From a virus (taxonomy: Duplodnaviria; Caudoviricetes), in the IMG/VR virus record IMGVR_UViG_3300025707_000006, positions 43,481 through 107,480 of that record: a stretch of DNA of 64,000 nt. One strand, given 5' to 3'. Positions 8,700 to 17,838 of this stretch are shown piece by piece; positions within the stretch are counted from its first letter, which is position 1; every line of letters begins with the position of its first letter. Made by a program: the position numbers and the translations under genes. A model generated the notes under the pieces. That model saw only the letters and a list, made by a program, of their open reading frames with translations, was not told the origin of the DNA and ran no database searches.

Positions 8700-9089
8700 T
8701 TAGAGCCTGCGAAGAACCCTCTTAGACTCCTTGAGGAAGTCTGCCTTAACAGAGTCAGAGTCTGGTCCAACCTCGACACGACCAATGGTCAGTCTACCCT
8801 GGTTTCCTTCAGACACATCAACTAAAATGAGATATCCATTCTTCAAGTCTTCTTCATACACGACATTAACATGATTCATATAGCCATTTGTCCACCTTAA
8901 CGCTCCTGTAGGCGAAGACTCAAGAGTATAACCTAACAATTTAGTTCCCGCTAACCTTCTCACAGATTGCATGGGGGACGAGGCGAGGCTGTGTCGGATG
9001 CGATAGAGGGGATCAGGTGTAGATTGTCTTTCAAGACGAGCGACCCTAGTCTCAAGGTTACGGATGATTTCTGATGCTGATCTTCTCAT
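8700..9089 (-). CDS. tagged hypothetical protein (RRSASE leader)
   Basis: MRRSASEIIRNLETRVARLERQS from ATG 9089 after GGAG. Confidence 0.8.
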   Translation of the reverse strand: MRRSASEIIRNLETRVARLERQSTPDPLYRIRHSLASSPMQSVRRLAGTKLLGYTLESSPTGALRWTNGYMNHVNVVYEEDLKNGYLILVDVSEGNQGRLTIGRVEVGPDSDSVKADFLKESKRVLRRL

Positions 9090-9155
9090 AGGAGTTCTCC
9101 ATTTTGTTAAGGTTAATGAGATCACTTAAGATCATTTATAAATAAACTATTAAAG
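9021..9155 (-). repeat. promoter-RBS-leader cassette, copy 3
   Basis: CTTTAATAGTTTATTTATAAATGATCTTAAGTGATCTCATTAACCTTAACAAAATGGAGAACTCCTATGAGAAGATCAGC. Confidence 0.9.
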
Positions 9156-9437
9156 TTTAAGGAAAGACTCTACAAGCACCTCTGCGAGATCTTCCCCCTC
9201 AACCCCATGTGAACTTACCCATACCTCCCCATCTCTCCTTACAGACCCATTATTGAGTGCGTATAGGTGGTGGAGGTACGCAAGGGTAACCGTGTCCTCA
9301 AAGTCGGGCAACCATGTTTCACTAGTAAGAGTGTATCTAACTTTTTGTTTAGGTTTGAAGTGAGGGAAAACTAGGATGCCAGTCACGCAGACCCACTTAG
9401 GGTGTTTAACTAAAAGCCTAAGACGATCAATATCCAC
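9150..9437 (-). CDS. hypothetical protein
   Basis: ORF coupled to upstream zinc-ribbon gene. Confidence 0.6.
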   Translation of the reverse strand: MDIDRLRLLVKHPKWVCVTGILVFPHFKPKQKVRYTLTSETWLPDFEDTVTLAYLHHLYALNNGSVRRDGEVWVSSHGVEGEDLAEVLVESFLKL

Positions 9438-9609
9438 CAGAGTTAAACCAACCCTCTCCCTTTAATACGAAGCTACTCTTTGAGATAAGTTTCTGGGGGT
9501 CTTCTGTCTTACATTTAGGACAAGGAGGTGATGGGTCATTCATTTTATGTGTGGCTTCAAAGTCATGTTTACATTCTTCTTGTTTACATCTGTAGTTGTA
9601 AGTCGGCAT
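9427..9609 (-). CDS. FmdB-family zinc ribbon protein
   Basis: MPTYNYRC..C.H.FE...CPKC...FVLKGEGW. Confidence 0.85.
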   Translation of the reverse strand: MPTYNYRCKQEECKHDFEATHKMNDPSPPCPKCKTEDPQKLISKSSFVLKGEGWFNSGGY

Positions 9610-9863
9610 TATTTTTTATCACTTTCTTGTTTGAGTCTTTCTTCACGCTGTCTTCTTCGAGCTTGACTCTCTAAAGATTGCACATACTCTAGTAATCTAC
9701 CAAGCTCTCGATCTACTTGCTTGAGGTTTTTAGCCAAATCTTTATCGGAACATACCTTATCGTCTTTTCTATAAGTACAATAAGAAATAACCGATCTGAC
9801 AGCCTCCTTGCTTGTGAGGAGTTTTTGTTGGATAGCCCTAGCAGACCTTAATGGAGTTGACAT
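9609..9863 (-). CDS. hypothetical coiled-coil protein
   Basis: ORF with AAAGGGGA SD; stop overlaps next start. Confidence 0.65.
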   Translation of the reverse strand: MSTPLRSARAIQQKLLTSKEAVRSVISYCTYRKDDKVCSDKDLAKNLKQVDRELGRLLEYVQSLESQARRRQREERLKQESDKK

Positions 9864-10317
9864 GAATATATCCCCTTTTGACTTTCATAATGAAGCCTAC
9901 AATATGATAAACACAACCGTGTCTGGTGCTAAAGAGAACGGTCTTGATATATCTACATTACCTCCTCATTTATCCATAATGACAAGTGAGGAGGTACTTC
10001 ATGGAAAAAAAGTTATACTTGGATTCTCTTTACCAGAGATCCTTCAAGATGTAAGCCCTAGTTTATGGTCTTTCATTGCACATCAAAAAATGCAAGAGGA
10101 AACAAACAGTATAGGGTTCGTTTTTTGGTGCTTGGTTGAAGATTCTAAGTGTGGTGGACAATCTGTCTTTGGTATGTCCTACTTTAAAGAAGAAGGATTC
10201 AAAGGATTTATCTCGGACATCGAGTTTCAATATGAACCCGAACTTCTAACAGACCCTCATCAAATTGTTCCCTCTTTCTTAGACTACGACTTTGAAAATG
10301 AATATCTGGTTCATTAA
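9862..10317 (+). CDS. hypothetical protein
   Basis: GGAG SD before MNISPF; stop abuts next ATG. Confidence 0.6.
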   Translation: MNISPFDFHNEAYNMINTTVSGAKENGLDISTLPPHLSIMTSEEVLHGKKVILGFSLPEILQDVSPSLWSFIAHQKMQEETNSIGFVFWCLVEDSKCGGQSVFGMSYFKEEGFKGFISDIEFQYEPELLTDPHQIVPSFLDYDFENEYLVH

Positions 10318-10638
10318 ATGAGTTATTTAATCCCAGTTATTCTCTTGTGCCTCGCTGAACTCATTTTTTGGTTTAAGGGTAACTCAAAGGCTCTCTATGG
10401 GATAGATTGGGGACCTTTAAAATGGTGGCTCTATACAAGTTTATTCACAAACTACCTATGCCTATATGCTTGGTGGAAGCTAATAGAAATCGGAGATGTT
10501 TGGAAGGCCGGCGTAACTTGGGGGTTGTGTAGTTTCACTATAGAACTTATTCTTAACTGCTACTTTTTCGGGTTCAACTGGAAAGGTGTTGTCGCATTAT
10601 GCCTATGTGCATTAGCCACAGTCATCGTACACACTTAA
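10318..10638 (+). CDS. small multi-pass membrane protein
   Basis: 106 aa with about 4 hydrophobic segments. Confidence 0.7.
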   Translation: MSYLIPVILLCLAELIFWFKGNSKALYGIDWGPLKWWLYTSLFTNYLCLYAWWKLIEIGDVWKAGVTWGLCSFTIELILNCYFFGFNWKGVVALCLCALATVIVHT

Positions 10639-10650
10639 AAGGAACGCAAT

Positions 10651-11112
10651 ATGAAAGCTCTTTATTTCGCTTATGGTCTTTGTCTTGAAGAACACACAAT
10701 GGTTGACTACCACCCTAGTGCTAGGTTTCACCTGTTCGCAACCTTGAGGGGTTTTAAACTCATCTTCTCTGGTGATGGAGTATGTTCCATAGATAAAGGG
10801 TCATTTAATGACATTGTTGAGGGCGTTTTATACACCGTAGATCATCAAGAGTTATCCGAACCCAGAGAGGGTTCTTCACTGTCGATACTCGACATTATGG
10901 GTCATGACGGAAACTATGTCTCAGCTCATGTTTATTATACGAACCGAAAAGATCTGGTAGCCCCAACTCAAGATTATCTTATGAGAGTACATAAAAAGTA
11001 TCAAGATTATGGCTTTAACATGACACCCTTAGAGAACGCACTTGATAAATCAAACTATCAAGATACAGAGCAAGAGGAGGACACAGTATGTGGGCCATTG
11101 CTGTCTTTATAA
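10651..11112 (+). CDS. gamma-glutamylcyclotransferase-fold protein
   Basis: LYFAYG, VEGVLY and PTQDYL motifs. Confidence 0.75.
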   Translation: MKALYFAYGLCLEEHTMVDYHPSARFHLFATLRGFKLIFSGDGVCSIDKGSFNDIVEGVLYTVDHQELSEPREGSSLSILDIMGHDGNYVSAHVYYTNRKDLVAPTQDYLMRVHKKYQDYGFNMTPLENALDKSNYQDTEQEEDTVCGPLLSL

Positions 11113-11314
11113 CCTCCCTAATTCTCCTATATGTGATCGCAGAATATGTAGCCTAAACAAGCACTTCCAAATAAAAGCAAATACACATCATAAGCTCTTC
11201 TGAGTAGATACAATCCATCATATTAACTTGTCTTTTTGTATGTTATATCGCATATCAGCCACCTTATAAGTTTAGTTCCTATAAGGTGACTGATAATAAA
11301 TAAGGTATTAAGAT

Positions 11315-11626
11315 CTATCCGTTCGACACAAAGTCATTCAACTTCTTTGCAATAGTTAAAACTTCGTCAACACCCATAGGGGGCATCTTCAACCCCTCGA
11401 TGTTTTCTTTCGCAGATGTAATCAACTCAGCGGCTGCAACACCAATCGTATCTTCATGTCGATCATAAAAGCTACCTGCAATGTCACCTTGTGTGTGCAT
11501 ATACTGAATTTGCTTTTCTACACTGTCTTCAACGATATGTTGAGCGAGATGTAAAATCTCTACACGAAGCTCATAGGGGGTCTTGTTTGGTTTAGGTGCA
11601 AGGTCACCTTTTAGACTTGACGACAT
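11315..11626 (-). CDS. conserved phage hypothetical protein
   Basis: KTPYELRVEIL...AKKLNDFVS pattern; AAAGGA SD. Confidence 0.7.
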   Translation of the reverse strand: MSSSLKGDLAPKPNKTPYELRVEILHLAQHIVEDSVEKQIQYMHTQGDIAGSFYDRHEDTIGVAAAELITSAKENIEGLKMPPMGVDEVLTIAKKLNDFVSNG

Positions 11627-11706
11627 AAGTCATCCTTTCTCTGTGTGTGTGTTACCCAAATGGGCGTTTATACTTTCGACTCTCTAATAATGAGAGTCAA
11701 TAGAAA

Positions 11707-11892
11707 TTAATCGCTATTTCTAGCTTCAAGAACCGCCTTACGAATCTCTTTAGACTGAGCGACTACATCTTGTAGTGATTTACGGACTCGTGTCCCTGCG
11801 GCTTTGTTTCCATCGTCAACTTTAGAAGCGTCTGATTCGAGGTCTGCGATTACTTGTTTAAGGGTAGCGATGCGATCTGAGATAGTACTCAT
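11707..11892 (-). CDS. small histone H1/Hc1-like basic helical protein
   Basis: GNKAAGTRVRKSLQ motif; 61 aa. Confidence 0.75.
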   Translation of the reverse strand: MSTISDRIATLKQVIADLESDASKVDDGNKAAGTRVRKSLQDVVAQSKEIRKAVLEARNSD

Positions 11893-11955
11893 ATTGATTT
11901 CTCCGAAGAAGGAAAAGGTTGGTTAATTGTATAGGGGTATCCTAAACAATACTTA

Positions 11956-12324
11956 TTATACTATGGGATTCTCTATTTCAGACCTTTTTTTAAGCTCTTC
12001 AAACATTTCTTTGCGTGTCCAACCCTCTCTAGTCACCCTTTGTAGAAGCTCAGTGCTAACTCTCAAAACCTGTTTTTTTAACCAATTTTTACGATGTATT
12101 TTATCAGTACCTATATACACACGATTGTCTTTACCTAGATAAACACTCTCATTACCGTAGGCTTCTCCAAGCGTAAATAATATGGTTAACCCATTCTTAG
12201 AGAGCCAAGCCTCAATCTCTTTAAGGATCTGAGCATCTTGTTCATAATAGCCTCTTATAAGGTCGGGAGGTAGGATTTTAGAAGGCTTAACAAGACGCTC
12301 ATATTTCAAAGATAATCTCGCCAT
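11956..12324 (-). CDS. hypothetical protein
   Basis: ORF in the polymerase operon. Confidence 0.6.
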   Translation of the reverse strand: MARLSLKYERLVKPSKILPPDLIRGYYEQDAQILKEIEAWLSKNGLTILFTLGEAYGNESVYLGKDNRVYIGTDKIHRKNWLKKQVLRVSTELLQRVTREGWTRKEMFEELKKRSEIENPIV

Positions 12325-12509
12325 AATGAACGATCTTCGCTTGAAGCAGAGACCCAGCCGACAAACTTGATCTTATCATTAGGGTTTAACTCGGAAGGGC
12401 TAGATACAACACCTTTAGAATACTTAGGTAATATTTGTACATTCATGCTTTTAGGTAACACGACAATGTACCCATTACGAATATGATTACAAATGACTAG
12501 TTCTATCAT
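12306..12509 (-). CDS. hypothetical protein
   Basis: ORF filling the gap between coupled genes. Confidence 0.5.
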   Translation of the reverse strand: MIELVICNHIRNGYIVVLPKSMNVQILPKYSKGVVSSPSELNPNDKIKFVGWVSASSEDRSLWRDYL

Positions 12510-12510
12510 T

Positions 12511-13104
12511 TTATTTTCCCATCTTAAACTTTCCACCCACAGGCAGAGTTTCGGTTACAGCCCAAGAATCTGATTGATACCTCTTAGGTCGAGATTGTGG
12601 TTGAGTAGGCTTGGGTGCTTCACCTATCGTGATTTCTTGAGGTGGCGTATTCAGTGGGTTCTGATACACCTGTGGATTAGGTAATCCGACTTTAGGTGCT
12701 GAGGTCTTCACTGAACTCTCTTCTTCTCCTTCAAACTCTGGTGTATCCACTGGAGGTGCAGGGAGCGTATCTTCTTCCCCCCTATCTATGACACCACCTA
12801 TAATCAAAGGGGATTGTGGCAGTTCTTCTGGGACTCCCCAAACCTCTATCACTTGTGGTTCTTGAAAACCTTCAAAGTCTGAAACACCCTCCCATCTGCT
12901 ACCATCTGCTTGAAGCACAATGTTAGGGTTTTCAAGGAGTCGGTCTACTTGACTGAGTATACGCCTATCCCAAGAGCTAAAAGCCATCCCTGCACGAACA
13001 CACTCTCTATTTTTACATTGGTTACAAAAGGTACGCTCGAACTCTGGTGGACTCATCATCCCACCCTCATTACAATCTACAAAGAAATCTTTATTAGGCT
13101 TCAT
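12511..13104 (-). CDS. hypothetical protein, Cys cluster plus Pro/Glu-rich tail
   Basis: FCNQCKNREC; directly downstream of the polymerase. Confidence 0.7.
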   Translation of the reverse strand: MKPNKDFFVDCNEGGMMSPPEFERTFCNQCKNRECVRAGMAFSSWDRRILSQVDRLLENPNIVLQADGSRWEGVSDFEGFQEPQVIEVWGVPEELPQSPLIIGGVIDRGEEDTLPAPPVDTPEFEGEEESSVKTSAPKVGLPNPQVYQNPLNTPPQEITIGEAPKPTQPQSRPKRYQSDSWAVTETLPVGGKFKMGK

Positions 13105-13114
13105 ATAACTGCTC

Positions 13115-15859
13115 TCATTCTAACAAGGTACTAATACTTCGTCCTTCATAGACTACATCATACCCTCCTTCTTGCACCTTAATCCACTCGGCAAGATCTT
13201 TTGCAATCTCTTCAGTTAGTTCCTCTACACAAAAAGTAGGAAGAACGGGGGTTTTCTGAACGGGTTCTTCTACGACCTTCTTTTTAACTATGTTATCGGG
13301 GTTTACTCCATAGTCTACATAAAGTTGTTCTGTCTGCCTTTTGATCTTGGCGATGAATTCCTCTGTGTAATCACATTTAATATTGCTAGATCCACAGTGC
13401 ATACAAACGGTTGGGCTAGGATCACGAGGTGTTTTCCCATCACAACCTACCTCTTTGCACTTGTAAGGTGCATTGATGATCTTATCTCCAGCCTCTCCTG
13501 CAATCACATCTTTCACATCAAAAGGCACTGTCCAATCTTTACCCAGCTCAACATCGACAAGTAAAGGCACACGCCACCCTAAACGCTTAATGACTTTGTT
13601 GCGAGTCATTAATTCAGAAATGATGTCAATCGCTTCTTTCAAGATTGATTTGTGAATCTCAAAAACGATTTCGTCATGTACTGTTAAGACCATCATCAGT
13701 TTGTCTTGCCAGCCACGCTTCTTAGTCTCTTGATAGATGAAGCTCATCGCCAACTTAGTCACATCAGCACTTGTACCTTGAACTGGTCCATTCACTGCCT
13801 TACGCTCATCTTTGGACTTGAACCTAAAGTCATCAGATTTGATGTCGGGTAAAGGCTGAACACGACCCATTCCTGTCTTTACATAACCATGTTTACGACC
13901 AAAATTGTGTTGCTTAGACCACCATTTAGTCAACTCACTATAAGTTGCTGTAAACTTCTTAAACTTCTCGTCTGCTTCTTCCGAAGTGCAACCAATAGTA
14001 CGCTGAACAGCTTTACCTGTACCCCCATAGGATAGAGCAAAGTTGCACCCCTTACCATTGCCCCTCAACGCTTTCCAATCATCACGCTTCTTAGCTCCCT
14101 CACCATAAAATGCAACTGCTGTGATTGTATGTAAGTCTCCAATCTTGTCCGACCCACAACCAGTACAGTTTGAAGGTGGTGCTTTAGCGAATCCATCCTC
14201 TTGGAATTCTTGTGGGTAAGCTGTGCCACATTCAGAACATTCAAAGAAAGCCTTGATCCATTTAGGCTCAAGACTAAGATTGGTTACTAACCGAAGCTCT
14301 ACACCTGCATAGTCAATGGCCGCTAACCACCAATCATCATCTCGTACAGACACACATGAACGCATCTTAGAAATCGCTTCGGGTTTGTTTGGATCATAGG
14401 TAGCAGGTATGCCTTGAAAGGGTACACGACACCCTCCATCTTTGACCTTCCAAGGCTTGCTATTCGTCTTACAGGAAAAACGACCTGTGTCAGCGGCGAA
14501 CTGATCAAACTTAGGTTTAAGCGTACCATCTGGTCCAACATCTTCTACAAATGGAATGAGATACTGACCCATTGCCTTCCCAAGCTCTCGAAAGGTCTTA
14601 ACCTTAGCCATAAAAGGAAAGTCTTCAGCCGCATTTTTAATCACATCTTCAAGAATGTCCTTAGAAGTCACGACCTGACCCGACTTTTCACTCGCCTTAA
14701 GCCCTGGTACACTCAACTCTCTAAATAACAGACCGAGCTTTTGAGGAGATAAAATGTCATAGGTTAATGGAAACTCAATCTCTTCTGTACCTACACTCTT
14801 ACCGAGAACCGTTACAGCCTTAGTAACAAAACCCTTTTCATCGGGATAAAGTCGGAGTGCTTCTTTACGAGCTTCATCAACACGAGTTTTATAACTCATG
14901 CCTTCTACTTCCATGTGATTAAACTTATTCTCTCCTTTAAGAGCACCCTTAAGGACACGCACATAGTTAGGGGTGATGTCTCTCCCTAAAATATCTTTCG
15001 CACCGTTGTAAACTTCAATCAAAGAGTCAAACCATAGCTTCTGACCTTGCTGACTATATTTCAATGCAGTATCTCGATCTATGTAAACACGATTTCTGTG
15101 CATCCACCGAGTCGCAAGTAAACACATACGCTCTAAAACATACATCGAGTTAGTGTGTTCTTTAGCTTCACTGTACTTCTTATACAAAACTTCCCACAGC
15201 CCAAGCGTACACATTGCATCACTAGCGGCATACCAAACACAGGGTTCCCAGCTCACATCAAGTTTAGAGTAGTTTTTGTCGGGAGCATCGGGCATGAGGT
15301 CTGATAACTCAATCATCTCACGATCAAGGTGAACATTGGTTAAATGCTTTAGTCCTCGACCACCTTTTTCACGAGGGTTCAAGAGATACTGAATGATGTA
15401 AGTGTCATGCCACTTGAAGGAGTCCCATCGAGCTTCACCGAGTCCTTTTTTATACTCGTTAAACTCCAAGAACTCTTGATCAAAACCTGCGTTATGGAAG
15501 ATAGGTTGTGCTTCTACTCTTGGGTCAAGTAATCGCTCTAGTGCAGGATACATTAAACGCCAAGGAATGTTATGCTCAACACCTTCTTGATGACCAACAG
15601 GGAAATAATAGCCTTTATCTTTGTGTGCTGAGAGGCATACACCCACAATCGTATCTCTCGTGCGACCATTAAACACACGATTATCAAGACCTGTTGTCTC
15701 AAGGTCAAGCCCATAGGCAACGCTGTTAATACACTCGTCAATGCACTCATCAAGGTTCTCTTTCGTACCTAAGATCAGTTCGGTGTCTTTCATCCACAAC
15801 TTGGGTTTGATATTTGGTCGTCTTAATGATTCAAGCATATCTGCAAACATTGGTTGCAC
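13115..15859 (-). CDS. polA: DNA polymerase family A with 3'-5' exonuclease
   Basis: Exo motifs DLETTG, HNAGFD and YAASDA; TGRFS; motif A DYAGVELR; motif B RGNGKGCNFALSYG; VQGTSAD; motif C VHDEIV. Confidence 0.95.
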   Translation of the reverse strand: MQPMFADMLESLRRPNIKPKLWMKDTELILGTKENLDECIDECINSVAYGLDLETTGLDNRVFNGRTRDTIVGVCLSAHKDKGYYFPVGHQEGVEHNIPWRLMYPALERLLDPRVEAQPIFHNAGFDQEFLEFNEYKKGLGEARWDSFKWHDTYIIQYLLNPREKGGRGLKHLTNVHLDREMIELSDLMPDAPDKNYSKLDVSWEPCVWYAASDAMCTLGLWEVLYKKYSEAKEHTNSMYVLERMCLLATRWMHRNRVYIDRDTALKYSQQGQKLWFDSLIEVYNGAKDILGRDITPNYVRVLKGALKGENKFNHMEVEGMSYKTRVDEARKEALRLYPDEKGFVTKAVTVLGKSVGTEEIEFPLTYDILSPQKLGLLFRELSVPGLKASEKSGQVVTSKDILEDVIKNAAEDFPFMAKVKTFRELGKAMGQYLIPFVEDVGPDGTLKPKFDQFAADTGRFSCKTNSKPWKVKDGGCRVPFQGIPATYDPNKPEAISKMRSCVSVRDDDWWLAAIDYAGVELRLVTNLSLEPKWIKAFFECSECGTAYPQEFQEDGFAKAPPSNCTGCGSDKIGDLHTITAVAFYGEGAKKRDDWKALRGNGKGCNFALSYGGTGKAVQRTIGCTSEEADEKFKKFTATYSELTKWWSKQHNFGRKHGYVKTGMGRVQPLPDIKSDDFRFKSKDERKAVNGPVQGTSADVTKLAMSFIYQETKKRGWQDKLMMVLTVHDEIVFEIHKSILKEAIDIISELMTRNKVIKRLGWRVPLLVDVELGKDWTVPFDVKDVIAGEAGDKIINAPYKCKEVGCDGKTPRDPSPTVCMHCGSSNIKCDYTEEFIAKIKRQTEQLYVDYGVNPDNIVKKKVVEEPVQKTPVLPTFCVEELTEEIAKDLAEWIKVQEGGYDVVYEGRSISTLLE

Positions 15860-15911
15860 CTCCTTATAAGTATCGCTCTCTCCCTCCTATTATATGAGAG
15901 ACACACAAAGC

Positions 15912-15929
15912 GTAACCCCTTATCTATAG
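15912..15929 (+). promoter_or_regulatory. class B motif GTAACCCCTTATCTATAG
   Basis: Intergenic, upstream of 15986. Confidence 0.6.
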
Positions 15930-15985
15930 AATAGTGTAAGAGGTTCAGAATCATCACGAACCCCACACTCCTCAAGGAGAACCAA

Positions 15986-16327
15986 ATGACAGCCAAGAAG
16001 ATCAAAACCAAGAAGGTCAACACCCTCCGCCATCAGCCCGATGAGCACACCGTCCTCGCTTACACTCCCTTTGAGGATGGGTGTGATGAAGGGTGGTACG
16101 AGCCTGTCGGTAATGTGCGAAAGTTTGACGCACACTACTCAGCGACCCCACTCTGCCTTGAGGAAGATCCTCGTAGGATGACTCAGAGGAAGCAGTTCAA
16201 GACACGCAAGCTCGCTTGTGAGTGGCTTCTCAAAGTCCGAAATCTCTCTTATTGGGATGAGCGTGATGCCGTCCTTGGAGAGTACGGAATGGATTCTGAC
16301 GAGTTCCGTCAAATCGACAGCCCATGA
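15986..16327 (+). CDS. hypothetical protein (early-type)
   Basis: AAGGAG SD; GC-richer codons. Confidence 0.7.
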   Translation: MTAKKIKTKKVNTLRHQPDEHTVLAYTPFEDGCDEGWYEPVGNVRKFDAHYSATPLCLEEDPRRMTQRKQFKTRKLACEWLLKVRNLSYWDERDAVLGEYGMDSDEFRQIDSP

Positions 16328-16338
16328 AAAGATGGGGC

Positions 16339-16355
16339 GTAACCCCTTAAGTATA
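16339..16355 (+). promoter_or_regulatory. class B motif variant GTAACCCCTTAAGTATA
   Basis: Upstream of 16400. Confidence 0.55.
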
Positions 16356-16399
16356 CCCTTATGTCATCAACCAAAACTCTCTTGGAAGGAGAACCTAAT

Positions 16400-16792
16400 A
16401 TGACTATCGCATCAATCCTCAAAACACCAACTACTCGTGTAGTCCTCAGTTCGGCTTTCAGCAATCGTATGCTAGCCGAGAACGCTCTTGTCCACAAGAT
16501 CGACCTTGATGTCGATCAAGCTAAGGCTATCATCTCTCTCGCAGAGATGGCAAGCAACATCACCTTCGAGAACGCTATCAATCCACGCCACGAGTCCACT
16601 GTGGCTCTCGCTCAAGGACTTACCAAGTCCGAGTGTGTCGGTGGCAATGTGAGTCTCAACGATGGTGATGTGGTGGTCATCATTCAGCCCTCAGCATCGA
16701 GTCGAAACGACACCGAGTTCGAGGTCGAACACTTTAACGAGTGTATCTTCCAAGTCCTTCAATGTCTACCCCTCTCAATGCTCCAGAGTTAA
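16400..16792 (+). CDS. DUF1874 (STIV B116/AcrIII-1-like) protein, candidate cA4 ring nuclease
   Basis: LSSAFSNRML, FENAINPRHEST and VSLNDGDVVVIIQ..SSRNDTE follow the DUF1874 motif order. Confidence 0.6.
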   Translation: MTIASILKTPTTRVVLSSAFSNRMLAENALVHKIDLDVDQAKAIISLAEMASNITFENAINPRHESTVALAQGLTKSECVGGNVSLNDGDVVVIIQPSASSRNDTEFEVEHFNECIFQVLQCLPLSMLQS

Positions 16793-16803
16793 AGGGAGGG
16801 TGT

Positions 16804-17031
16804 ATGTTGATCTACACAGATGTGGATCAGTGTGGCTTATTCGGAGCTAAATACTTTGGTCTTAACGAGATGCTTGTCTGCTCTGCTGATGCTCTCTTAC
16901 GCTCCAAAGGTGGCGATGGATACGACAAAGAACACCGAGACTTTCTTGAGCCACTAGGTTCACAAACCTTAGTCCTCCAGCGTACTGAACAATGTAGTCC
17001 AGGTTGGTGGGAACTTATCAAAACACTTTAA
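16804..17031 (+). CDS. hypothetical protein
   Basis: GGAGG SD before MLIYT. Confidence 0.6.
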   Translation: MLIYTDVDQCGLFGAKYFGLNEMLVCSADALLRSKGGDGYDKEHRDFLEPLGSQTLVLQRTEQCSPGWWELIKTL

Positions 17032-17040
17032 AAAAGGAGA

Positions 17041-17238
17041 ATGGATATGCCTTATAAACGAATGGAAAATGGAGAACGAGTATGGGTCGAAGTCGGTGGT
17101 CGTTATAACAACGAAGTCACCTATCACAGCCGACCCCCAGCACCCGCCCCTATGCCTGTCTTTCGGGTTCGTGAGAACATCGACTACAACACAGGTAAGA
17201 CAACACGAGAGATCGTAATCGTAGAAGATAAAGAATAG
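17041..17238 (+). CDS. hypothetical protein
   Basis: AAGGAG SD. Confidence 0.6.
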   Translation: MDMPYKRMENGERVWVEVGGRYNNEVTYHSRPPAPAPMPVFRVRENIDYNTGKTTREIVIVEDKE

Positions 17239-17270
17239 CCTGTCAGCAACCACTCTGAAAGGATACCTCT

Positions 17271-17594
17271 ATGTTAAATTCAAGAACCCTTAAAGTTAAT
17301 ACGATGCAAGATCGTAGTTTTAACGAGCTACTGGGTGAGTTTACTCTACACTGCCGAGATCTACTCGAAGAATATAACTTCAACAGAGTAGATGTATCAA
17401 CTCTCATACCACCATACCAAGTACATGACGGTGGTTATGTTGAGTTTACTGTCGCAGATCATTTCGATCAAGTTAAGTTTGAGCGTATCCAAGATGAGAT
17501 TGCTCGAAAACTACACCTAACAGCTCAAAAGATAAAACTAGGTGGGTGCTACTTTATAGGAAAGACTTACACACTACGAGTGTTTGCTCACTAA
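17271..17594 (+). CDS. hypothetical protein
   Basis: AAAGGA SD. Confidence 0.6.
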   Translation: MLNSRTLKVNTMQDRSFNELLGEFTLHCRDLLEEYNFNRVDVSTLIPPYQVHDGGYVEFTVADHFDQVKFERIQDEIARKLHLTAQKIKLGGCYFIGKTYTLRVFAH

Positions 17595-17838
17595 CACTCC
17601 ACATCTCTTGAAAGGAGAACAAAATGGACACAATCAAAGACTTAAAGGCACTAAGGTTGAGTGATAATGAGAACCATAATAGTGGCTTGTCTTTGCTTCG
17701 TGTGTTTAAACACACAAACCTAAAGTATATTTTAATCTTTGTGCATGGGCAAGGCAGAACAAATAAGAGTTAGAAGTCTCATTCGTTTGCTTCATGTAGT
17801 ATGGTATAGTATCTCCATCTAAACAAAGGAGATTAACT

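Noticed and set aside
2707-9155. Cassette copies as an IS/MITE or diversity-generating retroelement
   Set aside because: No terminal inverted repeats, transposase, reverse transcriptase or adenine-specific variation were seen.
11296-11310. Class A-like motif TAATACCTTATTTAT on the minus strand
   Set aside because: It deviates at the TAG position and no convincing ORF follows (only ~22 codons).
11678-11698. Hairpin GACTCTC-N7-GAGAGTC as an intrinsic terminator
   Set aside because: There is no U-tract in the direction of transcription, so it is too weak to call.
13115-15859. Intein in the DNA polymerase
   Set aside because: The insertions are short Cys4 segments with no intein splice-junction or LAGLIDADG motifs.
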